Shown here in pieces: positions 1 through 16,079 of a stretch of 64,000 nt of DNA. The stretch is taken from the NCBI RefSeq assembly GCF_009914755.1, contig NC_060935.1; one strand, 5' to 3'. How positions within the stretch are numbered: position 1 is the stretch's first letter; every line of letters begins with the position of its first letter. Origin of the DNA: the human T2T-CHM13v2.0 reference genome, Homo sapiens. The notes under the pieces are model-generated. The model was given only the letters and a program-made list of their open reading frames with translations. It was not told the DNA's origin and did not search any database. Made by a program: the position numbers and the translations under genes.

Positions 1-259
1 CTTTGGGTAAACTTTGTCAGGATATCCAGTTAACGGATCACAATCTAGAACTAATCAAAATGTTATTCAATTCTATTCATTAAAAAGAATAAAACTGCAT
101 TCAGAACTAATAAGGTAAAATAATAAACCTATATAAAAAGTTTTTGTTACCATAAATTCAGACACAAATAACTGAATAATTATCATTTTCTAAGTAATAC
201 ATAGATCCATTCCAAATTCTATAGTCTGGTAGAGTACAAAAATTATTAATTTTGATTCT

Positions 260-459
260 TGGGCCAAATTTGGCATGCCATCTGTTTTGGGGGAAAAAAT
301 AGTTGAGTTGGAACATGGCCACACTCATTCATTTGTTGTCTATGGCTGTTTTCACGCTACAACGTCAGAGATGAGTAGTTGTGACAAAGACTACTAGGGC
401 CCACAAAGCCTAAAATATTTACTGTTTGTTCCCTTACAGAAAAAGTTTGCAGACACCTG
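260..459. mobile_element. MER58A-like hAT-Charlie MITE
   Basis: Characteristic '...gagtagttgtgacaaagac...ggcccacaaagcctaaaatatttact...aaaagtttgcagacacctg' end. Confidence 0.75.
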
Positions 460-666
460 CCCTACATAATCACCAACCTTAAAATAAACATGTAGGCCAC
501 CTCGCTAAATCATGCTAGCCTTATAAGGCAGAAAGAACTTTACTTGCTATATAACGCTCGGCCTTTGTTACAAACTAACAACAAAAAGACAGATTTGCAA
601 AAAAATGTTCCAGGTGTGGTGAGGGTATTTTACACTTGGGAGAAATGCAGCAATGATTCTTCCTAC

Positions 667-864
667 CTGTTTTTCCTCCTCTTCATCTGAAGTGTAATTG
701 GCATCAGGGACATTTCCCCAGGGTTGGTAACTTTTCAACTTTTCTTCAGTGGACGGCTTATTCTTCTCTTCTGTTGTGTTTTCCTCAACACTTTCTGGGT
801 TATTTTTCCATTCCTTCATCATCTCTAATACATTGGTTGGTCTCACCGAAGAAAGTTTATTGCC
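667..864 (-). CDS. STK33: STK33 coding exon 11 (aa 383-448; GNKLSSVRPTNVLEMM...SDEEEEKQ)
   Basis: Overlaps ORF 568-846; tattag| acceptor; CAG|gtagga donor; 198 nt, phase 0-0. Confidence 0.96.
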
Positions 865-2479
865 CTAATATTAACAATCAATTTTTGGTGTTATAAACAA
901 CTTAGAGAATTGAGACGATACCTACATCATTTAGCGAGACAGTCTCCCAAATTCAGTAATAGTCACATGGAAAAGATTATAATGCTGAATAAATATGAAA
1001 ACTTCTGATGACCACTGGAGTACAACCCCTGTACTCACATGGCTCACATCCCTTGCATGATATCACGTGTAATATGTCCAAGTTAACAGGGGAAATATTC
1101 AGGCTTGAAAGAACAATGCAGCATGCTTGTGCAAAGAACACTACACAGGGCAATTTCCTGGAACCCAAATACCCCTATAGCGCTGTTCTTAGAAAATTGA
1201 GAGGGAGGCTGAAAGAACTAAAGAAGTTGCCCAAACGCCAGTGCGTCCAGTGCTAAGGATGAGTCTATACAACATCCAAATATCTAGGCAAAAAAAAATC
1301 TAAATTCAGTCAATTAGTCAAGCACTGTGTCTAAGAATATAGATATTTAATTGGAAATCCCTTACCTGTCTGGAAGATTTAAATATAATGTGGTCATTTG
1401 ATTATAACTGACTTGGTACAGTGTTCTTATCCCAGCATATGACTATACCATGCCAAAATTGACCATTTTATATTAACTGTATTTTCCCAAATATAATACC
1501 CCATGTAATGTGCCAAGAAATATATGAATGCAAGCTCAAATAGCTCCTGCTTGATTAGGTGTGTCTTAAATATTTTTGTTCTTACCTCATACTGTTAGAA
1601 AAAATTTAGACAAAAAAATGGATCATATTTAGATTAAAATGAGAAGTTCAGGTGTGGGCATGGCTATGAAGCGATTCTAAATTACCCTGGTATATGGATG
1701 TATTGAAATGTTTAGCATCAGTGACACAGAAAACTATAAGACAGGGTACTTTAGGGGTACCCATCTGAATACACTGTTGAGGACTTGTTGAGTTTAATGT
1801 ATTTGTGGCTAAAGACATAGACAAACACTAAATATGGAATGCTAATAACTAAATGAGGATCACTACGCAATTAATTCTCTGTGATTCTTCTCTGTCCCCT
1901 TGTTTTAAGAAGCTCAGTACTCCTACCACGTTCATAACATCCCATTACACCTTACACTGGTTTTGCACTTGTTTGTCCCTTACCTACTTACTCCTAGAAT
2001 GCCATTGCCATTTCTTCCTGCCAGTCCATAGCAAGAGCCTACATTTCCTTGAAGGTTCAATTTAAGATCCATTTCTGTCAGATATCCCAGAATTCCCAAC
2101 TATGTAGTCAACTCAAGTGAAAACAGACAGTGGCTCAGTGACAGTAACCATTAAAGAGCTGAAATCAGGTAGAATGGTAGATAGTCTCAGAGCACTCATC
2201 TGAACGGGTTCTGCTCTCCAGGGCTCTGCTTGGTCCCTATGATCCATCTCTCCTCTCTTACAACTTCTTGGCTTCATCCTGACCTCTAACTTAATTTTCA
2301 TAAAATCAGTGACCAGGGTCCTGGAATGCAAGTACATACAACTTTGCCTCAACTTGATTCTTTCACTAGCAGAAAGTGACAATCTGACACATCTAAGTCT
2401 GCAATACCAGTTCTCAGTGGCTCCTCCCTGACAAGCCCTCTCCAGGTTAAGTCTTTGGAAACTGTGGTGGTCACTAATG

Positions 2480-2835
2480 CTACTCGCCCAGCATTTCTTC
2501 CTTCTAGGCTCATGGTAGAGTTTCACTTCTCTATCCACTTTGGGACATGACCATGTGCCTTACTTTGGCCAGTGATTCATGATTGGAAATGGTATGTATC
2601 ACTTCTGGGTGAAAACTTTAAGAGATAGTATGCAATTCATCATGTTTCCAATTCCTGAACTGGTAATTACAGAAGCATAGAGATGGAGTCTCCCTCAGCC
2701 TGGGTTCCTGAGTAAGGACAAAGTGAAACAGAACCTCCTCCTCTCCTCCCAGCCAATTGGTCATGGAAGGTACTAAGAGCACTGAGATTTGGGTGTCATT
2801 TGTCATCACCCAAGCATAATCTAGCTTACCTTGAT
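2480..2835. mobile_element. MLT1-type MaLR LTR remnant
   Basis: Degenerate motifs 'ccatgtgccttactttggccagtga', 'cagcctgggttcctgagt', 'cactgagatttggg...gcataatctagcttaccttgata'. Confidence 0.55.
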
Positions 2836-5257
2836 ATAGATACCAAAGCAAACATTTACATTCTGTAAATCACCTCTAAGAAGCCTTAAAAAGAGTGACT
2901 TTATTGTAAAACCATCAGGTCCAACAAAATTATAATTACTACAGAACTCATATGCAACCAATATGATGTGACAGCTCATTTATTTAGGCAGTTCTTGCGC
3001 TGCACAGTCCTGATATGCCTGAATTTCAGTTATAATTTACTTAAACAGCATTAGTCCCCCAAGAGCAGTTTAAATTTCAGTCAACATGGTATATGAACTA
3101 TAACTGCATAAAGTTCAAACTGCACTGCTAGCTCTTCAGTCCACAAGGCACACAAACGCATATCATGATCAGTGACCAATTTTGTCACTTCTCTCAAAGG
3201 CTGTTGGTGATTAGACATTAGGCATCTGCTATTCAGTTCACACATAGACAGCAAAGTGTGTATTTGTGTTGCCTCCTTTTCTCCCAGGGAATTAGCCAAC
3301 AAAGATGAAAGTGCAGCAAAGAAAATAAAAGTGATAATGCCGAAAGTGAAAACTGAATAAAATACGAATGGAGTAACAGAAGAAATTGCTGACTGGGAAT
3401 GCTGACACTACCACCGTTCAACAGAGTATTTGCCAAGGCATAAAAAAGATGCTCCCTCTGTCTTATAAGTTATATGGTAAGAAGAAGGTAAGCACTATTT
3501 AAATGAATCTTAAGTATTTTATTTAAAAAGACACTTTAATTCTCAGTATTTCTAACATTCTAAATTACAGTGTACTAAATGAACATCAGCTTTACTTTTG
3601 TCTCATTTCCCTACATATTTATAACCAACAGAGAGTTATTAAGATTTTGACAAAAAGGTAAAGGGCATGAAACAATCATAACTTTTCACATTGATTATTG
3701 AGATCATTTTTTCACAGTTTCATACTGCTCTGCTATTTTACTGTCCCACACTACTGTACAAAGCAAGGATTGCCTACATTATTTTGAATCTGCATCTCTA
3801 GCAATCTTTCAAATGCCTGGTTCACATACACATACACCCAAGAGCTTGGTAGCTGAGATTCTACATGTCTAAAGGAGAGTGCCTTAGTACTTGAAGAAAT
3901 GACCCTACTTCTCATTCTATAGAGACTGTGGAGAAAAGCAAAGGATCCAGAATAAGAGTATTATCCCTATTTCCTATGTGGAAATTTTTAGCTCTTTGCC
4001 TCCTATACTCACTTGTGATATCAAGCCTGGACTAGGTGGTATAGAGTCCAGGCTTTGCCTGTTGTCTAATGTGCATCTGGATAACTTACTATACCACCTA
4101 CTTCTTGCTTGCTAGCAGCTGAAGGATAAATTGTATCAGATACTTGGACTAACCAATAATAAGTGGTCCACAACAATGTATCATGAGCCTTCTAGTTCAA
4201 CAGAAATTACAAATGAAGCAACCAAACAAAACTGGGGCAGAACTGTTAGGGCAGACACTGTAGATGTACATGTCACCTCACCATCAGAACACTAACCTCT
4301 GAACTCCTTTTACTGGCTGCATCTAGGTGATCAAATACTGAACTCATCAATTACAAAATAACAAATGACAAGAAAGCAGTAGCAATAGTTTGATTATCTG
4401 AAGCTATCACAGGTAGAGACCAGCCTTTTGGATAAATAAATTTCCACTTGCTTAACCAACAGATAGTTGAGACTATTAATTTAATATCGAACAACTAGAA
4501 AAATGAAACTCATGGAAGAGAAGAACTGCTTAAATACTAAGATTTGAATTTAATCCCTTAGTAGACAGGCCCCATAATGGAGACCCAATCACATTTCCTC
4601 ATCTAAAAAATACTGCCTTTTAAGAGATAGTGCCTATCAGTGCTTTGTAAACAGTAAGCACTTAATAAGCTCTTTAAAATAAATGAATGAATAATACATA
4701 TGAGCTGGGGTGAGATGGTATGAGTCCAAATCGGCGAAGCTAAAGGAAACATTCTGGATCTTTAGCATGCAGTCACCATTCTCTGTTTTTGCAAAGAGCT
4801 AGAAGACTTTATTTTGTAAAGTTCCTAGGAGTAAATTTTTTCAGTAGAAAAATGGAACACTTTATTTAAAAACATATAAAAGAATGGCCAACTTCAAAAA
4901 ATAAAATTCAAGTCAAAACAATGTGGTGTCAATTTTCACCTAATAGATAGACAAAAATTTAAGTTTGATATTCCCTGTGTCGGTGAGGGTGTGGAGGAAC
5001 AAGCACTCTCACTTACTTGCTTTTTATGAGAAGGTAAATTAGCAATACTTGATCAAAATGTAAAATGCACATTCTCTCTGACCAGTAAGTCCACTGTTAA
5101 AATTTATCTTATATAAACTGGCACAGTATGCAAACACATATTTACAAGAACATCTGTTGTACTACTGATGTAATAGAAAAGATCTGAAACAATTTAAATA
5201 TTCACAGGGACTATTTACAAAATAGTTTATAGTTTGGGATATAATGCTGGCTTTTCA

Positions 5258-6901
5258 TTTTTTTTTTAATTTTTAACTTTTTTTAGGTCCAGGGGTACCT
5301 GAGCAGGTTTCTTATATAGGTAAACTCGTGTCACAGGGGTTCGTTGGACAGATTATTTTGTCACCCAGTTACTAAGCCTACTATCCAATAGTTATTTTTT
5401 TCTGGTCCTCTCCCTCCTCCCACCCTCAAGTAGTCCCAGTGTCTGTTGTTCCCCTCTTTGTGTCCATGAGTTTTCATCATTTAGCTCCCCTTCTAAGTGA
5501 GAACATGTGCTATTTGGTTTTCTGTTCCCACGTTAGTTTGCTAAAGATAACAGCCTCTAGTTCCAGCCATGTTCCCGCAAAAGACATGATCTTATTCTTT
5601 TTTATGGCTGCATAGAATTCCATGGTGTATATGTACATTTTCTTTATCCAATCTGTCATTTATAGGCATTTAGACTGATTCCATCTCTTTGCTATTGTGA
5701 ATAGTGCTGCAGTTAACATTCATGTGCATATGTGTTTATGGCAGACTGATTTATATTCCTCTGGGTATATACCCAGTAATGGGATTGCTGAGATAAATGG
5801 TAGTTCTGTTTTTAGCTCTCTGAGGAATCGCCACACTGCTTCCCACAATGGTTGAACTATTAATAATTTACACTCCACGCAACAGTGTGTAAGTGTTCCC
5901 TTTTCTCCACAACCTCACCAGCATTTGTTATTTTTTTACTTTTTAGTAATAGCCATTCTGACTGGTGTGAGATGGTATCTCACTGTGGTCTTGATTTGAA
6001 TTTCTCTAATAATCAGTGATCTTGAGCTTTTTTCGTATGCTTGTTGGCTGCATATATGCCCCATCTTGAAAAGCGTCATCTGTTCATGTCCTTTGCCCAC
6101 TTTTTAATGAGGTTGTTTTTTTTTCTCGTGAATTTAATTTCCTTTTAGACACTGGGTATTAGACCTTTGTTAGATGCATAGTTTGCAAATATTTTCTCCC
6201 ATTCTGTGGGCTGTTTGTTGATAGTTTCTTGTACTGTACAGAAGCTCTTTAGTTTAATTACATACCACTTGTCATTTTTTGCTTTTGTTGTGATTGCTTT
6301 TGGCGTCTTCCTCATGAAATCTTTGCCGGTACCTATGTCCAGAATGGTGTTGCCTAGATTGTCTTCCAGAGTTTTTACAGTTTTGCATTTTACATTTAAG
6401 TATTTAGTCCATCTTGACCTCATTTTTGTATATGGTGTAAGAAAGGGGTCCAGTTTTAATCTTCTGCATATGGCTAGCCAGTTATCCCAGCACCATTTAT
6501 CGAATAGAAAGTCCTTTCCCCACTGCTTGGTTTTGTCAGCTTTGTTGAAGTTCAGATGGTCACAGATGTGAGGCCTTATTTCTGGGCTCTCTACTCTGTT
6601 CCATTGGTCTATGTGTCTGTTCTTGTACCCATACCATGTTGTTTTGGTTACTGTAGCCCTGTAGTATAGTTTGAAGTTGGGTAGCATGATGCCTCCAGCT
6701 TTGTTCTTTTTGCTTCGGATTGCTTTGGCTATTTGGACTCTCTTTTGGTTCCATATGAATTTTAAAATAGATTTTTCTAGTTCTGCAAAGAATGTCACTG
6801 GTAATTTGATAGGCATAGCAGTGAATCTGTAAACTGCTTTGGGCAGTATGGTCATTTTAATGATATTGATTCTTCCGATCCATAAGCATGTAATGTTTTT
6901 C
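5258..6901 (-). mobile_element. 5'-truncated older primate L1 (L1PA13-16-like), 3' end of ORF2 plus 3' UTR
   Basis: ORF 6145-6855 is L1 ORF2-like; L1 3' UTR and poly-T at 5258. Flanked by older L1M-type fragments. Confidence 0.9.
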
Positions 6902-7137
6902 CGTTTTTTTTAAGAAAATCTTCCCTATATATTAAGTGAAAATAGTTGCATAATATGAACCCATTTGTGTAAAGTATCTACATAAAAATGTATGGAATGT
7001 TTTTTGAAAGCATACATAAAAGACTTAATGATGGTTATCTTTAGTGAGAGGGAATGAGAGAATGAGAGGAGAAAGCAAGTTATTTTTCCCATTTTGTTTA
7101 CTCACTTAACCATGGATAATCTCAATTATTACCTTAA

Positions 7138-7279
7138 TTTATTTTATTATTATTTTTGTTGTTGTAGAGGAGTCTCACTATGTTGCCTAAGCTGGTGTTG
7201 AACTCCTAGATTCAAGAGATCCTCCTGCCTCAGCCTCCCAAAGTGCTGAGATTACAGGTGTGAGCCACCGTGCCCAGCC
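7138..7279 (-). mobile_element. Alu monomer (FLAM/AluJ left arm)
   Basis: Single arm ending 'gagccaccgtgcccagcc' with T-rich tail; 'tattacctt' on both sides. Confidence 0.8.
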
Positions 7280-7886
7280 TCGACTATTACCTTTTACCTT
7301 TACATGACTAATAATCAATGTAAATTATAGTAAGAAAAGATATGATGTAAGTTTTAGATACCCAAAGAGGACTGAAAGCACCCAAAAAATCACCAAACAT
7401 GTCCTGAAGTGTTTCAGAGTCCAAGGCAGCAGAATATCAAGATAATAAGTAAAGTAGTCAACTGTGTACCACTTTCATGTTTTTCCTAACAAAATCACCT
7501 CAGTGATTTTTTTCCACAAGTATAGTAACTATGTGAGTAGATAAGGCTTTTTTATTAATATTCCTATTCTTCAGGAGAAAACGGTTTGAGAAATTAATGA
7601 ATTTACCCTTATTCCAGAAGTGCATTTCGAATTGCCTGCCAAGAATTTCTAGTGAGAGGTATAGCTGAGCCTTCTACTTAGTGTATTCTAAACCACGCAA
7701 CTACAAAACAAGAAAACTAGAAAACAAACAATAACTTGCATCCATACACCTAGTTTTCCTCCTTCTTGTCTTCCTGCCTTCTATCACCTGAGGTGACTGC
7801 TATCCAGAATCTTGTGATTAACATTCCCTTGCTTTTGTTTTGTATATATTTTTTATCACAACCATGTGTATTCAAAAAGGAATATT

Positions 7887-8165
7887 GACCAGGTGAGGTG
7901 GTTCAAGCTTGTAATCCCAGCACTTTGGGAGGATGAGGCCAGAGGATCACTTGAGCTCAGGAGTTCGAGACCAGCCTGGGCAACATAGGGATACCCCTAC
8001 TTTACAAAAATAATTTTTTAAATTAGCTGGACATGGTGGTGCATGCCGGTAGTCTCAGCTACCCAGGAGGCTGAGGCAGAAGGATCACTTGAGCCCAGGA
8101 GTTAGAGGCTGAAGTGGGCATGCCAGCCTGGGTAACAGAGCAAGGCCCTGTCTGAAAAAAAAAAA
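7887..8165 (+). mobile_element. AluJ
   Basis: Dimeric Alu with J-type 'ggatcacttgagcccagg' and A tail. Confidence 0.88.
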
Positions 8166-10004
8166 GGGGAGGGGGGGAATATTTTTTGTTTTAGTTGTTT
8201 TAACTTTCATAATATTATTCCTTTTTTGCTTATTTCCAGTACAAAAGCCTTTTCTCAGTTTATAACTTATCAGCTTTCCTTCTGGTGTTGTTTTATTAAC
8301 AAGAGTTCTTAACATAGACAAGCTAATCCATCATTTCTTTTATGTTAGTGCCTTTGGTTATGTTGCTTATGAAATCCTTTCCTACACACCCCAAGATGCA
8401 GAATATATTCACCTATATTTCCACTTAGAGTTTCAACATTTTGGTTTTTACTATAAGTCCCTGATTCCTTTGGAGTTGATTTTTGTCTGTGGTGTGAAAT
8501 AGAAATTTAACTTTACTTTTTCCATATGGAGAACTCTTGATTCCAGCTCCATTTATTGAATAGTCCCTCCTTTCTCCCCTCTCATCTTCCATACGACGAC
8601 TGTCAGAAAAAGTTCCAGATACACCTGGATATGTTTCTGTACTCTGTTTTATTCTGTTTGTCAATAATCATACTGCCCTAATTAACATAGCTTTATAAGT
8701 CTTAATATCCGGTAGAGCAAGACATTCAGAAATTTCTTGGCTATTTTTGATCCTTTAGTCTTCCACATAAATTTTATAGCCAGGAAAGTTTGTGAAATTT
8801 TGATTGTATTTGCACTGAATATGTATATCAATACGGGAAAAATTAATTTTTGATATTAAGTCTCCTGACACATGATTGTGATATATCTTTATATTTATGT
8901 ATTCTTCAATGTTTTTCAATAAAATGTTCTAACTTTCCCCAAGGAGGTCTTATAAATCTTATGTCATGTTTATTACTAGATGTTTTATATTCTTTGCTAC
9001 TATTTTACATGATGTCTTCATTTTTATTACATTTTCTATTGTTAGTTGCTAATGAGTAGAAGTGCAATTGACTTTTGTATATTAATCTTAAATCCAGCTA
9101 CCTTTCTCAGCTCTCCTATTTCTAATAACTTATTTGTAGATTACTATAAATAATAAATCTTATTTCTGTTTTTCAAGTCTCACTTTAGTCTTCAGTTGAC
9201 TAAGATCAGCAATGTTGGAAGAAAAAAAAGCTGACTTTCTTGACTATTCTCTATTTTAAAGGAAATCCTTCTCGCATTTCCTATTCAGAATGACATTTTC
9301 TGCAACATTTTATCAGGTTAAGGAAGTTTTCTTTTCTTTTTAATCATGAATACATGTTGAGTCTTATTACAAATGATTTCTCTGAAATGATCATATGATT
9401 TTTTCCTTTAATATATTAATGTGGGGATTTATACTTACAGATTCTGAAATTAATTCATCATTGTATTGTTGGGGATACTCAAGTTGGCCAAGATATATTA
9501 TCTGTTAATATAAACAGCTACATCCAACTTGCTAATAGTATGTCTAAGGTTTTATATCTATATTAGTAAGTGAAATGGATAGTTTTCCTTTGTCACAATG
9601 TCTTGGTATAGTTTTGTATCCTGCAGTTTAGAAGGTATAGTCTTAGGATAAATTAGGAAAATTTTTCTCTTTTGAGGGGTAGAAGAAGAGTTATAAGTTT
9701 AAGATGAAAGTATGGTAGAACTCTAAAATTATTTGGGCCTGGTGTTTTGCTTGTAGAAGATTTTGAACTATTGCTTCAATTTATTTAATTATTACAAGAC
9801 AGTTCAAGTTTTCTATTTATTAAGACTGTCTTGTATAACTATATTTTTCTAGGAAAAGAATTGTTTTCATTTTGACTGAGTTTGCAGACGTATTTGCATA
9901 CACCTAGTAGTATTACCTAGTAGTATTCTCTTATCTTTGTAATCTCTCCTTTATCTACGGCTATATTCCCTTTTCCATATGTAAGATTTTTTTTCTCTCT
10001 CTCT

Positions 10005-10383
<379 letters not shown>

Positions 10384-11162
10384 TGACCTTGTTGATCTTT
10401 TCTATTCTACCTTTGTGTTCTATTTAGTTGATTTTCGCTCTTAGTTTGATCTTTCCTACTACTTTATTTGGTTTTACTCTGTTAAAATTCTGAAATTTTT
10501 AGATATCATTAATTTTCTGTATTTCTCCTTTTCTAATATAAATATTAAACTTCTACTGAAGTACATGTTTGCTGTATCCTCCAAGTTTTGGTATGTTGTA
10601 TTTTCATTATCACTCAGTTCTAGGAATTTAAATTTTTTCTTATTGGGGTTTATTCTTTAACTTATGAGTTGTTTAGAAGCATGTGATTTATTTTCCAGGT
10701 ATATGCAGATATTTAATCTTGTTGTTTACTGGCTTTTAACTGCGTATTATTAGAGAACATGATCTGTGTTAACTTTATTAAGGCTTCCTTGCTTCACGGC
10801 CTAGGACAAGACCAATTTTGGTAAATATTCCACATGTGCTTGAGAACATGTACATTCTCTAATTAGAGAACTGTGTATGTGTCTACTAGAATAAGCTTGT
10901 CATATTATTAAAATCATCCATATATTTTTGTTTCTTTGTTTCATATATCAGTAGTTGAGAGAAGTGCATTACAATCTCCTACTATAATGGATTTGCCAAT
11001 TTCTCCATGCAATGTTGTCAATTTTTGATATATATTTAAGGTTATTTTATTAGTTGCATACATTATTAAAATTACTATATAATCTTTTTGAGTTGAATCT
11101 TTAATCCTTATAAAGTGACCTTCTCTATCCCTTAATGATGATTTGTTTGTGTTAAGGTATAT

Positions 11163-13042
<1,880 letters not shown>

Positions 13043-13299
13043 GTGTTAAGGTATATTTAATTGGTATTAATTCCATTATACAGGTTTTCTTTGTTAGTGT
13101 TTGCCTGATATGTCCTTTTCCATTTTTGTGTTTCAATATTTCCATGTCTTTATGCTTCAAATATGCTTCTTATAAATAGTAGAGAGCTAGATTTTTAAAA
13201 AATTCAATTAGACAATATACCTTTAAACAGGTATTTTAAACCAATGTACTTGTAATTATTTCTGTATTTGGACTTGTTTCTCCTATCTAAGCCTGTTTT

Positions 13300-14326
13300 T
13301 GAAAAGGGAAAAGTTCCCTCATCCCCTTGGCAGGGCATGCAGTGGGGGGTGTGGCTCGCTTCTTCTGTGTCCCGCGGCTCAAACCTCTAGAGGGAGGATG
13401 CAGATGGGCACATGTGGGGTTCCAACACCAGGGCAGCATCTGGAGGTGAATGTTTACAGCTCCTGAAGCCCCAGTGGGTGTGTGTTACAGGGTGTTCTTT
13501 TAGTTTACCCATCCATAGGTGGCTTGTGTTAGTCAGCTCAATTAGACCCCCTGCCTCATCACAAGGACAGAGGGCTTTCTGTATCCCAGGGTTTCTAGCC
13601 TTGGTGTACTGGAAGAATCTGATCACACGCGGGCTTGGAGAATGAGTCCAAGGTTTTATTGAGTGGAGGTTCTCAGCAGATGGATGGGGAGCCAGAAGGG
13701 AGATGGAGTGGGAAGGTGGTTTTCCCCTGGAGTCAGGCAGCTCAGCAGCCTGGGCTCTCCTCCAACTGCCCCAGCCAAACTCCGTATTGTTCTGCCGGTG
13801 GATGGCTTGCAGGCCTGCTGGCCCTATGCCGCGGAGTGACTCTCAATGTCCAGCTGCTTGTGCGTCTGCCTGCTAGGGTCTCGGGTTTTTTACAGGCCCA
13901 GGATGGGGGCATGTCAGGCAGGGGTGGTCTTGGAAAATGCAACATTTAGGCAGGAAAACAGAAATGCCTGTCCTCACCTAGGTCTGTGGGCACATGCCTG
14001 GGGGTGGAGCCCTAGCCAGGGACTATGCCCTCCTCTACCTACCTTGGCCTCCCAAAGTGCTGGGATTATAGGCGTGAGCCACCATGCCCAGCCTGTTTTC
14101 TCTATTTCTGTCTTAATTTTTCCAAAGATGTATTTATTTTGTGTTTTTTTCAAAGAACCAAATACTGACCTTGTCGATCTTTTCTATTTTACCTTTGAGT
14201 TCTATTTAGTTGATTTTCACTCTTAGTTTTATCTTTCCTACTACTTTATTTGGGTTTACTCTGTTAAAATTCTGGAATGTTAAGTTAGATATCATTAATT
14301 TTCAGTCTCTGCCCCCTTCCATATCA
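13300..14326 (-). mobile_element. ERV1 solo LTR (MER52/LTR27/LTR28-like) carrying a foreign insert
   Basis: TG...CA termini; reverse complement begins tgatatggaagggggcag...ggtagaggagggcatagtccctggctagggctccaccc; GC-rich body. Confidence 0.75.
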
Positions 14327-16079
14327 TTGTTATTTCAGTTTCTCCCACTCTTTATATGTTTTTCATTCCTTCCTACTTTAAAAATCTGATGCCTCCATAT
14401 TCTCCTTTAGCACACTTTCATGTGCTGCTCCCATGCCCTTGCCCCCTTCCCAGTGCTCCTCATGTGGATATTATCATGAATTTTAATTCTGGGTTATCAT
14501 GATTATGTTTTCTCTTCTTTGGTTTTGTGTTTTGTTTTTGTATTTTTTGATATCAGCGAACTCTACCAAGACATTTAAAGACTCTTGCTGCACATGGCTC
14601 TTGTGGCATCTCCTGGATTTGTTTTTCCTCCTCTGTAAGTACTTCTACCATGTGTTTTAACTCCTGTGGCAAACCCTCTGAGCTCTTGTATATTTGAAAA
14701 TATCTTAATCATTCCCTTTAATATGAATAACAATTTGAATAGATATAACATTTTAACTTTAAAGTTCTTTTTCCCTTAATACAGTTAACATATTACTCCA
14801 GTTATTCTTGCATCCAATGTTGCTGCTGAAAAGTAGGATGTCAATGTGATTCTTGTTCTTTTTTATATGATCTGCTCATTCTCTCTGGGAGCTTTTAGAA
14901 TTTTTCTTATTGATGTTTTAAAATTTCATTACGTCTATTTGTCAGTTTTTTTCTTCTCTCTTATTGGGTAGTCTATCATCTCTTTAAAGCTAAGGTCTTT
15001 CTTTAATTCTGATGAATTTATCCCCATTATTTCTTAAACGATTTCCTCCTCCCCCTTTTTATTTTTGTAATCTGAGACTCCTATTAGATGGATTTTGGCA
15101 CTTTTACTTTTAACCCCATATATCTTTTCTTTTATATTTTCAACTTATTTATCCTCTCCTGCTCCCTTCTGTATAAAGTTCTACAATCTGATCATCTAGT
15201 TTTAAAATTCATTCTTTAGTTGTATCTACTATGTATCCTATATCACTGCATTCTATATTTCAACTATTATATTTTTCATACCTACTTGGTTCTGTTTTTA
15301 TTTCTTATTCTTGCTTCATATTATCAACATCTTCCCTTATCTCTCTTAGTATGTTCACTTTGTTAATTTTTAAATTCTAGGACTGTGTATTCTAAACTCT
15401 CTTCTAATGGTGTTTGAAACTTGGCCCCTAAGCTCCTGTTTCCCAGGAAGCATTGGCACCCCAGAAGACAAGGCATGGATCTAGAGCCAGTCCTGGCCCT
15501 TGGCCTTGGGAGATCAAGGAAGAGTATGGGGAAGAACCTTAGACACCAAAAACCTGCCCCACTAAGCAACTCCTCAGTTCAGGGTTTCACACTTACCCAC
15601 CTCCTCCCGCCAGGAGAAATAATCTGAGGAGGAGGTACTCCTAAAGTACACCAAAAGTATCAGCCAGGAGTCCTAGAGTTTGGAGGCCAAGAGGTAAGAA
15701 GTCAATGCCTACAACGAGTTAATTCCCACACATTTTCCTTGGCTTCTCATTCAGGCACGGCTTCAGTGCTGCTCCGACTTTATTACTTCAGACCCTTGTG
15801 AAGGGATATGTAAGCACTGGTGTCCCAAAGCAAATGACAAGAGGAAAAAGGAAAAACCGGGTTGTTTTGTGTTTCTATTTTAATTCCCTGCCTTGGCTGC
15901 AGCCTCACCCACTATCCATACCAGCTCAAGCTATCCCTTTATTTTCCCAGGGATTTCTCACTCTTCTCTGAATCCTGGTATCATGAGGTTTCTCTCTAAA
16001 GTTACTTTAGGTTTAATCTTCAGAGAAGACACAGTATCTTGGCAGGAACCAGAGTCTCCTCCAGCAGGCCCTTCACTGA

